From NCBI GenBank assembly GCA_039589315.1, contig JBDHHQ010000046.1, forward strand, positions 1 to 36,669: a DNA stretch of 36,669 nucleotides, read 5' to 3'. The position numbers were made by a program, and so were the translations under genes. Positions 29,044-36,669 of the stretch are shown here, in pieces. Source of the stretch: Gemmatimonadota bacterium (GTDB lineage Bacteria; Gemmatimonadota; Gemmatimonadetes; Longimicrobiales; Gaopeijiaceae). The notes beneath the pieces were generated by a model, which saw only the letters and a list, made by a program, of their open reading frames with translations, made no database searches and was not told where the DNA came from. Numbering within the stretch: the first letter of the stretch is position 1; each line of letters begins with the position of its first letter.

Positions 29044-30141
29044 TCAGCCAGCTCCGACGAGGGCAGCAGATGCCCTCGGCGATTCACTCGTGGCCGTCGC
29101 GCCGCTCACGCCGCAGATCGTCTCGATGAGGAGGGCGCAAACCCGGTAGGGATCGGAATTGGCTCCGGGCCGGCGGTCTTCCAGGTATCCACGGCCACGC
29201 TCCTGGACCTGCCGGGGGACCCGGATCGACGCGCCCCGGTCGGCAACGCCACTCCTGAACTCGTCGATGGAGCAGGTTTCGTGGAGCCCTGTCAGCCGGT
29301 CAGCCAAACCGGCGCCGTATTCGGCGATGTGCTCGGCATGACGGGTCTGGAGCGCGAAGATGGCGTCTCGGATCGCGGACATACCGCCGGGCTCACGCAT
29401 GGCACGGGTCGAGAAGTTCGTGTGGTTCCCGGCGCCGTTCCAATCGCCGGAGACCGGCTTGTTGGAGAAGCTGGCGGAGATTCCGAAGTCCTCTCCGATC
29501 CGGTGGAGCAGCCACCGCGCGATCCACAGGTGATCCGAAACGGTCAGTGGATCCGCCGTCTCGCCGGCCACGCCCCGGTAGCCGATTTGGAACTCCCACT
29601 GCCCGGCCATGACCTCGGCGTTGACGCCGTAGATCATCAGATCGGCCTCCAGGCAGGCCCGGGTGTGGGCCTCGACCATCTTCCGTCCGAAGGCCCGGCC
29701 CGCACCCACACCGCAGTAGTACGGGCCCTGGGGCTCGGGGTAGCCATCCTTGGGGAAGCCCAGGGGCTGCCCGTCGGCGAACAGTGTGTATTCCTGTTCG
29801 AACCCGACCCACGGGGCGTGATCGTCACCCGCCTGCTCCAGGACGGCCCGAAGCCGAGCCCGGGTGTTGCTCGCGTGGGGGAGGCCGGCGTCGTCGAAGG
29901 TCTCGCACAGAACGAGGTATCCACCCACCCGAAGCGGGTCGGGCACCACCGCGACGGGCCTAAGCGTCACGTCCGAATCGTCTCCGGCAGCCTGGTTGGT
30001 CGAGCTGCCGTCGAAGCCCCATTCCGGGAAGGACCAGGGGTCGACCGGCCCACCGTTTAGCTCCACGATCCGGGTCTTGGACCGGATTCGCTGAGTGGGC
30101 TGGGCGCCGTCGACCCAGAGGTATTCTGCCGTGGTATGCAT
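29044..30141 (-). CDS. glnII: Glutamine synthetase type II
   Basis: AEYLWVDG, RSKTR, WGFDGSSTNQA, GFEQEY, PQGPYYCGVG, NAEVMAGQWEFQIG, DWNGAGNHTNFST, RLTGLHET, DRGASIRVP, GYLEDRRP; 365 aa. Confidence 0.95.
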   Translation of the reverse strand: MHTTAEYLWVDGAQPTQRIRSKTRIVELNGGPVDPWSFPEWGFDGSSTNQAAGDDSDVTLRPVAVVPDPLRVGGYLVLCETFDDAGLPHASNTRARLRAVLEQAGDDHAPWVGFEQEYTLFADGQPLGFPKDGYPEPQGPYYCGVGAGRAFGRKMVEAHTRACLEADLMIYGVNAEVMAGQWEFQIGYRGVAGETADPLTVSDHLWIARWLLHRIGEDFGISASFSNKPVSGDWNGAGNHTNFSTRAMREPGGMSAIRDAIFALQTRHAEHIAEYGAGLADRLTGLHETCSIDEFRSGVADRGASIRVPRQVQERGRGYLEDRRPGANSDPYRVCALLIETICGVSGATATSESPRASAALVGAG

Positions 30142-30224
30142 ATCGCTCTCCGTTTGATTCTGTCTCTGTGGTCTTGCTCGAGGACCGATTCCGATTCCCG
30201 ACTCAGTGACAGATGCGCGGAGTC

Positions 30225-30260
30225 GAGGCAGATTGGCTCATGAGGGTCGAAATCTGCCTC
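30225..30260. promoter_or_regulatory. Inverted repeat in the glnII/ECF divergent intergenic region
   Basis: GAGGCAGATT-N16-AATCTGCCTC with internal palindrome CTCATGAG. Confidence 0.5.
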
Positions 30261-30273
30261 CGGGAGCGCCCAG

Positions 30274-30834
30274 ATGACCGACGATCGCGACATAACCCTT
30301 CTGCTTCAGGCCGTGGGAGACGGAGATGATCAGGCCTTGGAACGGCTGATCTCGTTGGTTCAGTCGCGTCTCCAGGAGATGGCGGCCTACCGCATGCGGC
30401 AGGAGCGGGACGGCCACACCCTTCAACCCACGGCCCTGGTGAACGAGGCGTACATGCGACTGGTCAGGGGCGAGCCACGGTGGGAAAACCGGGCCCACTT
30501 CTTCGGCGCCGCCGGCGAGGCCATGCGAAGGGTGCTGGTCGACCACGCTCGGAAGTTCCAGGCCGAAAAGAGGGGGGGCGGAGCTCAGCGGGTGACCTTC
30601 AGCGCTTTGGAGGTGGCCGCTCCCGAGCCGAACGTGGACGTGTTGGCGCTGGACCAGGCCTTGCAGGCTTTGGAGGAGCACGATGCACGGCTCGCCCAGG
30701 TGGTCCGGCTACGCTACTTCGTGGGGTTGAACATCGAGGAGACCGCGGAAGCGCTCGAGATTTCGGTGGCCACCGTGAAGCGGGACTGGACCTACGCCCG
30801 GGCCTGGCTCATCGAGCGGATGGAGGACGACTGA
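30274..30834 (+). CDS. ECF sigma factor, TIGR02999-type
   Basis: ITLLL...GD..AL, HTLQPTALVNEAYMRL, WENRAHFF, MRRVLVDHAR, AEKRGGG, TVKRDWTYARAWL. Confidence 0.92.
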   Translation: MTDDRDITLLLQAVGDGDDQALERLISLVQSRLQEMAAYRMRQERDGHTLQPTALVNEAYMRLVRGEPRWENRAHFFGAAGEAMRRVLVDHARKFQAEKRGGGAQRVTFSALEVAAPEPNVDVLALDQALQALEEHDARLAQVVRLRYFVGLNIEETAEALEISVATVKRDWTYARAWLIERMEDD

Positions 30835-30838
30835 AGGT

Positions 30839-30876
30839 GGAGAAGGGAGCCGGGCACCTGCCCGACTCCCCTCTCC
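30839..30876. terminator. Hairpin immediately after the ECF gene
   Basis: GGAGAAGGGAGCCGGGC-ACCT-GCCCGACTCCCCTCTCC imperfect long stem; no clear U-tract. Confidence 0.5.
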
Positions 30877-31308
30877 TGCCTCAGGCCCCAGGCTACCGAG
30901 GCCGCTTCACGTCGATGGCGGGAAGCCCCCACCGGTTGCGGGAATTCCACCTCCGGGGACGACCGTAACGCTTATCGTTCGGTCGCTCCCGCCAGACGTA
31001 TTTGGCAAGCCGGATCATGATTGACTCCTCTCTCTATGTCATCACCGGACGGTTCCGGTGTTCATGGAGAGATGCGCGAAATCCCCCCCGATGGGCTCAT
31101 CCTCCCAGACGGCCCTGTCCACGGGCCACCAGGGCCTCTTCGAGCCGGTCGCTGCTCTTGACCGAGGCGGGGTCGTCGGGCCCGAGAAGCTCGTTCGACG
31201 GCGCGCGGCCGTCGACGTCGGCGGCCAGGTCCGCTGAGGACTTGCCGGCGCCGGAGCGCGGGTACAGAGTCCACCACACAGCGAACAAACTCATCCCGAG
31301 GTAGGAAG

Positions 31309-32157
31309 ATGCTCTTCGCCACGACGACCCTGGCAGCGCGGATCGAGCGGGCTGAATGTGGACTCCTGGCCGATTCGGCCCGAGCGGTCGCTGAGGCGCG
31401 CCCCGGGGCCAATCCGGTGGTGCGCCCCCTGGCCGGCGGTGTGGCCATCTACGCCGGCGAAGACTCGCCCCTGAACAAGGTCGCGGGGCTCGGTTTCGAG
31501 GGGTCCGTGGACGAAGCCGAGCTCCAGCAGATCGAGCACCTCTACGCGGAGCGGAAGGCCCCCGTGCAGGTGGAGCTGTCCTGTCTGGCCGACCCCTCGG
31601 TGGGGATCCTGCTCACCGGCCGCGGCTACGCGCTCGTGGGATTCGAGAACGTGCTGGGCCGAACGCTGTCCGCGGACACCCTGCCGTTGCCCTCAGAGGT
31701 CCCGGACATCACAGTCGCCGTGAGTGAGGACCAGGACTTCGAGGCCTGGTTGAACACCGTGGTCACGGGCTTTGCCAGCCCCGACGAGCAGGGCGTGCCT
31801 TCCCACGAGTCTTTCCCACGGGAGGCCCTGGAGGAAGCCATCAGCGACATGGCCCGCGCCGACGGGCTGGTGCGCTATCTGGCCCTCCGGGAAGGGGCGC
31901 TCGCAGGGGGCGGGAGCATGCGTCTCGGCGACGGAATCGCTCAGCTATGCGGCGCCGCGACACTGCCGGCGCATCGACGCCGAGGCGTTCAGACCGCGCT
32001 GTTGACTCGTCGTCTCGCCGACGCCGCGAGCGCGGGCTGCGACGTGGCCGTGGTCACCACCCTGCCCGGTTCCAAGTCTCAGGAAAACGTACAGCGAAGG
32101 GGGTTCGAAGTGCTGTACACCCGTGCGATCCTGGTACTTGCGGACCCGGGGTCCTGA
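31309..32157 (+). CDS. GNAT family N-acetyltransferase
   Basis: LAARIERAE, SPLNKVAGLG, GAATLPAHRRRGVQTALL (acetyl-CoA motif A), SQENVQRRGF. Confidence 0.88.
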   Translation: MLFATTTLAARIERAECGLLADSARAVAEARPGANPVVRPLAGGVAIYAGEDSPLNKVAGLGFEGSVDEAELQQIEHLYAERKAPVQVELSCLADPSVGILLTGRGYALVGFENVLGRTLSADTLPLPSEVPDITVAVSEDQDFEAWLNTVVTGFASPDEQGVPSHESFPREALEEAISDMARADGLVRYLALREGALAGGGSMRLGDGIAQLCGAATLPAHRRRGVQTALLTRRLADAASAGCDVAVVTTLPGSKSQENVQRRGFEVLYTRAILVLADPGS

Positions 32158-32216
32158 CGGTCCAACAACGAGGCTGGATCCCCAGGGGATCGGCGACCTC
32201 CGGTTACCTGCTCCAA

Positions 32217-32260
32217 TGGGCGCTGCTGGACTCGAACCAGCGACCTCCTGCTTGTAAGGC
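32217..32260 (-). tRNA. 3' fragment of tRNA-Val(TAC), probable att site
   Basis: Minus strand reads GC-CTTACAA-GCAGG-AGGTC-GCTGG-TTCGAGT-CCAGC-AGCGCCC-A: anticodon loop, perfect T-arm and acceptor 3' strand. The D-arm and most of the 5' anticodon stem are absent. Confidence 0.88.
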
Positions 32261-32356
32261 CCACCAGGGAACCGCCCATTTCCACGAGTTTCGTGTAGGC
32301 ATTGGGCTCCTTTAATCGGTAGCAGGTACCCGGCTCCACGAGGGCGTGAGGGGCGC

Positions 32357-34135
32357 TCAGCGCTCGAGCGCCATGCGCAGCGTCGCCCAATGACGAAAGA
32401 CGTTGTGGGCCGCGGTCGCCGGCAGCGGTTCGCGTAGGATCCGGGCCCGCCGCAGTCGGCCTTTCACCCGGCGGACGCCGTTGTGCCACCTGCGACGCAA
32501 GGTTGGGATCTGTTGGACCTCGTCTAGAAGGGCGAGGCCGAAGCTCGGTGGGATGAGGTCGTCCAGCCGGCTGGTGGTTGTCATGATCCATCGCTTCAGC
32601 ACGGCCGGGTGTGCGCGGATCTCCCCTCGCCAGTCGGCACGATAACCCTCCCTCGCTGCCGGGGAGATGGCTGCCATCTCAGGAGCCAGCTCGGCCACGG
32701 CTCGACGGTAGAGCTTCTTCCCGGTCAGCAGCCGAGAGGGAACGCGCTTCATGAAGTCCAGGACATCCGCATCGAGCCACGGGTTACGGACGGTTGCATG
32801 GGCTCCGATGAAGCGTTCCCGCCAAGGCAGCATCTCGTGGCCGATGCGTTGATCGAAGCCGATCTGGAAGCGGATCGTGTTGAGAACGCGCGATCCCGGC
32901 TGACGGTCGATGATGTCCCTGACCTCGTCGTGAATCGACTCGTTGATCCGTCCGAGTAGCCCGCGGGGAAAGCTCCCGGACACGGTAGGCGGAAGACGTA
33001 GCTCGCGGAACCTTGCCCGCCGCCATAGGTGCAGCTCCGTCTCTACCACCGTGGAGCCGCTGAAGCCCATGCGCTCTTCGCCCACGAAGACGACCGGCGC
33101 GCTCGCGGCGGCAAGCTCCGGACCCAGCTCCTTCCACATGTCCACCTCGTATGCCGCCACCGCGGCCGCCTCACTCATGGTCGCGTTGGCGCGGAGGTGC
33201 TCCATCAGGTTTCCGTGATAGCTCTCATACATTCGGTGTGACAGGCCCAGCGTCGCCGCGACCGTGCGCGCCACGTAGGCATCCCCACCAGGTTCAGCGT
33301 CGCCGTGGACGTAGGAAAACGTACGTACGTCACTCCGCCCGAGCGTTTTACTCAGAACCGACGCGATCCCGATGGAGTCGAATCCGCCGCTGAGCGACAC
33401 GTAGAGATCCCGCCCCGGTTCCGCTCGTCGTCGCACGGCCTGAACCATGAGCTCCTTCAGATCGGCCACGAGGTTCGACTCGTCTACCTCGCCTTCCGGT
33501 TCCCGCAGGCCGTGCGACCAGTACTCCCGGGAAGCCATGCCTCCGGCCCGCAGCTCGTGGACGTGGGCGCGAGGCAGGACGCGGATTCCGTCGTAGGGGG
33601 TGCGCCCGTTGAACGGAATGCCAGCTGCCAGCAACCACCCGATCCCCAGGACGTCCAGTCCATGCTGGTCGGTCGGCTGGGCACCTAGATTACTGGTAAC
33701 ATAATGGCCGGTAGCGTCTTCGCTGTGGAACAGACGGCGGGACCCACTTCGATCGGGGATGACCAGCAAGCGGTCCTCGGCGCGGTCGATGACGATCAGC
33801 GCGAACGATCCCCGAAGATCCGGGACCAAAGACTCACCCCTTCGTCGGAACTCCTCCGCGACCCAAGCAGCAGACTTGCCTTGGTCGTTGAGAAGCTCCC
33901 CGTGCAGGACCACGGCAACACGGCCACTCGCATCCTCGCCGAGCTCCGCCTCAGAGCTGAGGCCCAGGTGTAGCGTCCATGCGGTAGACTCGAACGTCAC
34001 ATCCGGGTCTCGCCCGTAGCATCTCCGAAACCCTCGGTGTGCAGCTTCCGGGTCCGCGGTCGAGCGGCGCGCGCAGAATGCTTCGACCCTGGACCTGAAA
34101 GCCTCGCGTATCGGGACAGCCGAAGGGTGCGACAT
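32357..34135 (-). CDS. Asparagine synthase-related (AsnB-like) protein, start 34135 or 34171
   Basis: HGELLN, LRGSFA, DRSGSRRLF, SLSGGFDS (PP-loop), RNPWLD; no N-terminal Ntn Cys. Confidence 0.85.
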   Translation of the reverse strand: MSHPSAVPIREAFRSRVEAFCARRSTADPEAAHRGFRRCYGRDPDVTFESTAWTLHLGLSSEAELGEDASGRVAVVLHGELLNDQGKSAAWVAEEFRRRGESLVPDLRGSFALIVIDRAEDRLLVIPDRSGSRRLFHSEDATGHYVTSNLGAQPTDQHGLDVLGIGWLLAAGIPFNGRTPYDGIRVLPRAHVHELRAGGMASREYWSHGLREPEGEVDESNLVADLKELMVQAVRRRAEPGRDLYVSLSGGFDSIGIASVLSKTLGRSDVRTFSYVHGDAEPGGDAYVARTVAATLGLSHRMYESYHGNLMEHLRANATMSEAAAVAAYEVDMWKELGPELAAASAPVVFVGEERMGFSGSTVVETELHLWRRARFRELRLPPTVSGSFPRGLLGRINESIHDEVRDIIDRQPGSRVLNTIRFQIGFDQRIGHEMLPWRERFIGAHATVRNPWLDADVLDFMKRVPSRLLTGKKLYRRAVAELAPEMAAISPAAREGYRADWRGEIRAHPAVLKRWIMTTTSRLDDLIPPSFGLALLDEVQQIPTLRRRWHNGVRRVKGRLRRARILREPLPATAAHNVFRHWATLRMALER

Positions 34136-34226
34136 CGCGGATCGTGACGTCAAGCTCAATGCCGGCTCCATCTTGGGGCGTCTCTCATAGGGCTGTGCCG
34201 GGCACAGCGCCGCAAAAACCGGGCCG

Positions 34227-34466
34227 GTGCGCCTGCATCGCGGCCCCGAGGTCACTCCCTTTGCCGCTCAGCCCCGATCGAGGCGTCGCCACCGGAAGGA
34301 CCCGCCCCACCGCACGCAGCGGAGTCACCCGCTCCTACCCTCCAGACCCTCCTCCTCGCGCTGCGCTGCCCTGATGGCCCGCATCTATGAAGTCTTCCCG
34401 CTGCTCCGTCCCTCGTGCGGGGGATCCATGCGCATCCTCGCCTTCGTCCCCCGAAAGGTCTTTTGA
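34227..34466 (+). pseudogene. IS91-family-like transposase C-terminal remnant
   Basis: AALMARIYEVFPLLRPSCGGSMRILAFV matches the typical 'WAxLLARIYEVFPLxCPxCGGxMRILAFI' tail, with W and the first C decayed. Confidence 0.65.
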
Positions 34467-34688
34467 AATCCCTTTCCGTGGTCAACGAAGCCAACTCGGC
34501 CGTCGTGGCCATCAGGCGCGCCGCGCAGTTACTGGAGAGCTCGGGTGACCAGACCCTGCATGAGTCTTCGAGCCGCTGGATGCATGCGACGAGATGACGG
34601 AGCTCGTGGCGCCGGAAGGGTAGAGGAGCTTGACGATGGGTTCGACCTGTAGCGATGCCACACGCCTGGCCTGTTACTTGCTTCCTTA

Positions 34689-35231
34689 GTGGGGGCGAGC
34701 GCGGCGCTCCGACCCCACTGGCTCGGACGACGCGACATTCGCCTGCAGGTAGGGGGCCGCTTGGAACCAACCGCGTTGCGGCAGCGCGTCGCTGTGGTGC
34801 GCAGGGCTCGGTCAGGGGAGTGGGGCCGTATCCTCGAGATCCTCGAGACCGCCAACTTTCACCGCATCGGCGGGCTGGAAATGCCCGAGTTTCCCCTGAG
34901 TGATTGCTTCGTCGCGGAGGTCGACGGGCTGGTAGTCGGCGTCGCAGGGTACCGGATCTTGGGTCCCACCTTGGCCAAGACCACGCTCCTGGCCGTGCAT
35001 CCAGATTTCAGGCAGGGTCGAAGCATCGGCGCCGATCTGCAGCGGGCCAGAATGGACCACGTCAAGACCCTCGGAATCCGCATGCTGCGGACAAATGTCG
35101 ACGATCCTCGCGTCGTGCAGTGGTACGAGCGACGATTCGGTTACCGTCGAACGGGCGCTACAGTACCCAAGACCGAGCCATTCGGTCGCGATGACATCGA
35201 TCACTGGACCACACTCGAAGTGGACCTGTAG
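34689..35231 (+). CDS. GNAT family N-acetyltransferase (start uncertain)
   Basis: FVAEVDGLVVGVAG, LLAVHPDFRQGRSIGADL, WYERRFGY. Confidence 0.8.
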   Translation: MGASAALRPHWLGRRDIRLQVGGRLEPTALRQRVAVVRRARSGEWGRILEILETANFHRIGGLEMPEFPLSDCFVAEVDGLVVGVAGYRILGPTLAKTTLLAVHPDFRQGRSIGADLQRARMDHVKTLGIRMLRTNVDDPRVVQWYERRFGYRRTGATVPKTEPFGRDDIDHWTTLEVDL

Positions 35232-35744
35232 TCCTTACACGGGTCGCCCCCGGCATTCTCCACGCGACCGTGAACAAAGAGAAAGATCGGGTCCCCGCAC
35301 GATGGCGAGCCCGATCTCGTAGCTGTCTGCGCTACTGTTTGCCTACCCTAACCTCGGCGGCCGCCGATGCCGTCTCACGAGCATGGCTTCCAATCATCCG
35401 GCGCCGCGCTCGCGGCCTTGCCACCGCGGTTCCACGACAACCCGCGGGGGCCGGGGTCACGGAGCCGGGTGCGGCAGCGGCTGGATCTTCGGGATGGCCA
35501 CCATCGTCGTGGTAATGCGCTCGCCGATCGACGCTCGGTGCGGTGCTGGTCGTTCTAGGGCCCTACCGACTTCGGCTAACACGGTACCCACTGGACACAA
35601 GCAGGGTCGCTATCAGGACACTGCGCATGGGCACGTCTCGCCAGGGTGAGAAGACACCCATGTAGTGTAGCGCCGTGATGGTAAGGGAGCCTGAACGAAT
35701 CGTCATGTGCCCGAGAGACGGATCGGGCGGCTCCGGGCGCCGCC

Positions 35745-36224
35745 CTAGAATCGAAACGACACGCCGACCCCACCGAATGGGCGGCTCACTCGACTGATTC
35801 CAATCTCACCCGACAAGCGCAGTTGGCTCACGATGCGCACCCTGACGCCCGCCGAGCCCCGCAAATAAACACCTTCACTGCAGATGTCGCCCTCACAGGG
35901 CACCCGCCCGGCCCCGACCCCTCCCCGAACGAATGGTGCCACCACATCCATAGGAAACTCGTAGCTCGACGACACATAGATCGCCCATGCGAGATGATCG
36001 CTCGTCGTGATCGCTGCACCTTCGAATTGGTGATCGGTCCCGATCCCCAAACCGAGCCCGGACGGAAACATCCACTCGACAGTTCCGTTCAACCAGCCGT
36101 CGAGCTCTGACTCGTCGGATTCGACGTTGCGGTCGGCGCCGTAAGCAACCTCCACCGCGACCTGCGCTGCGGATTCGGCCGCGCTAAGGGCACACGTCAA
36201 TACGACGGCGATTGATCTCAACAT
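35745..36224 (-). CDS. Small outer-membrane beta-barrel protein
   Basis: Signal peptide (..SAA-Q), amphipathic strands, APFVRGGVGAG, C-terminal GVSFRF with terminal Phe. Confidence 0.75.
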   Translation of the reverse strand: MLRSIAVVLTCALSAAESAAQVAVEVAYGADRNVESDESELDGWLNGTVEWMFPSGLGLGIGTDHQFEGAAITTSDHLAWAIYVSSSYEFPMDVVAPFVRGGVGAGRVPCEGDICSEGVYLRGSAGVRVRIVSQLRLSGEIGISRVSRPFGGVGVSFRF

Positions 36225-36520
36225 CGTGTCTCGGAACGCCCGCGTCAGGAAGCCGCTTCGACAGGACCCTAAGGACGTACGATCAGCCGACGTTGCGCGT
36301 GACGGACAGGCCGGTGTGAGGGGACCGCAGGGGCCTCGTGGAGTCCGCGACCGGGGACAGCGAGCGCCCGCGGCCTACCCAGTCGCGCGAGGTCCTGAAG
36401 AAGTGCGGGATTCAGGACTCCAAGCAGAAAGCTCCTAGAACGGCGAAGGCGAAGCAGCTGCCGCCCGCACCGCACCTCCCGCGCTCCCTTCGCATCGGTC
36501 CGCTGCGCCCGGACGGCAGG

Positions 36521-36669
36521 ATGTTACCATTCTGCCGGACGATTGGGAGCTTGTTCGGGAAGGCGCGGCAGGGGAACAAGGGGGACCAGGTCGATGCCGA
36601 CCAGCTGTCGGAGTTGCTCCGGCGCGGCGGCCTCCGAGCGGTCTACCACGGGAGCGCGCACGGAGCCAC
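36521..36669 (+). mobile_element. IS110-family transposase fragment, N-terminally truncated and running off the window
   Basis: GNKGDQVDADQLSELLRRGGLRAVYH matches KxDxxDAxxLxxLLRxGxLxxVY. The N-terminal GxD strand is missing. Confidence 0.7.

Noticed and set aside
31097..31294. 65-aa minus-strand ORF between the ECF and GNAT genes
   Set aside because: No RBS or recognisable family; at best a gene remnant.
32217..32290. Complete tRNA-Val gene (a GGGCGGT lies upstream on the minus strand)
   Set aside because: Only 19 nt from that G-run to the anticodon loop, no D-arm, and the 5' anticodon stem does not pair, so it is a fragment.
32357..35700. Lasso peptide gene cluster
   Set aside because: No B1/B2 (RRE, transglutaminase-like) genes or credible precursor near the AsnB-like gene.
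1..36669. CRISPR array, rRNA or long tandem repeats
   Set aside because: No regularly spaced repeats or rRNA-like sequence seen.

Overview
High-GC bacterial contig. The PadR plus orphan duplicated ABC permease pairs and a TIGR02999-type ECF sigma factor suggest Gemmatimonadota or a similar lineage (inference). In order, the window holds: (1) 1-12.9 kb, a surface-modification block with two paralogous PTPS-related/GT-C-like membrane proteins, a third GT-C-like protein, a GT2, a SAM methyltransferase, a frameshifted membrane/spermidine-synthase fusion and a lone TadG-like gene behind a sigma-54-type promoter; (2) 13-24.6 kb, an ASCH-wHTH gene, a lipoprotein hydrolase, two convergent PadR-permease modules (one led by a degenerate retropepsin) and a Tat-signal alanine-racemase-family protein with a remodelled active site; (3) 25-30.8 kb, a DsrE gene read through an in-frame UGA (UxxC, with a SECIS-like hairpin, so a probable selenoprotein that the ORF track cuts short), an unusual nitrogen operon glnII-amt-(EF-hand/ankyrin, animal-type glutaminase)-His-rich protein, and a divergent ECF sigma factor with no kinase beside it; (4) from 32.2 kb, a 3' tRNA-Val(TAC) fragment marking the probable edge of a genomic island carrying an AsnB-like gene, a GNAT, a small beta-barrel gene and IS91/IS110 debris. 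All family calls come from motif recognition by eye; no searches were run.
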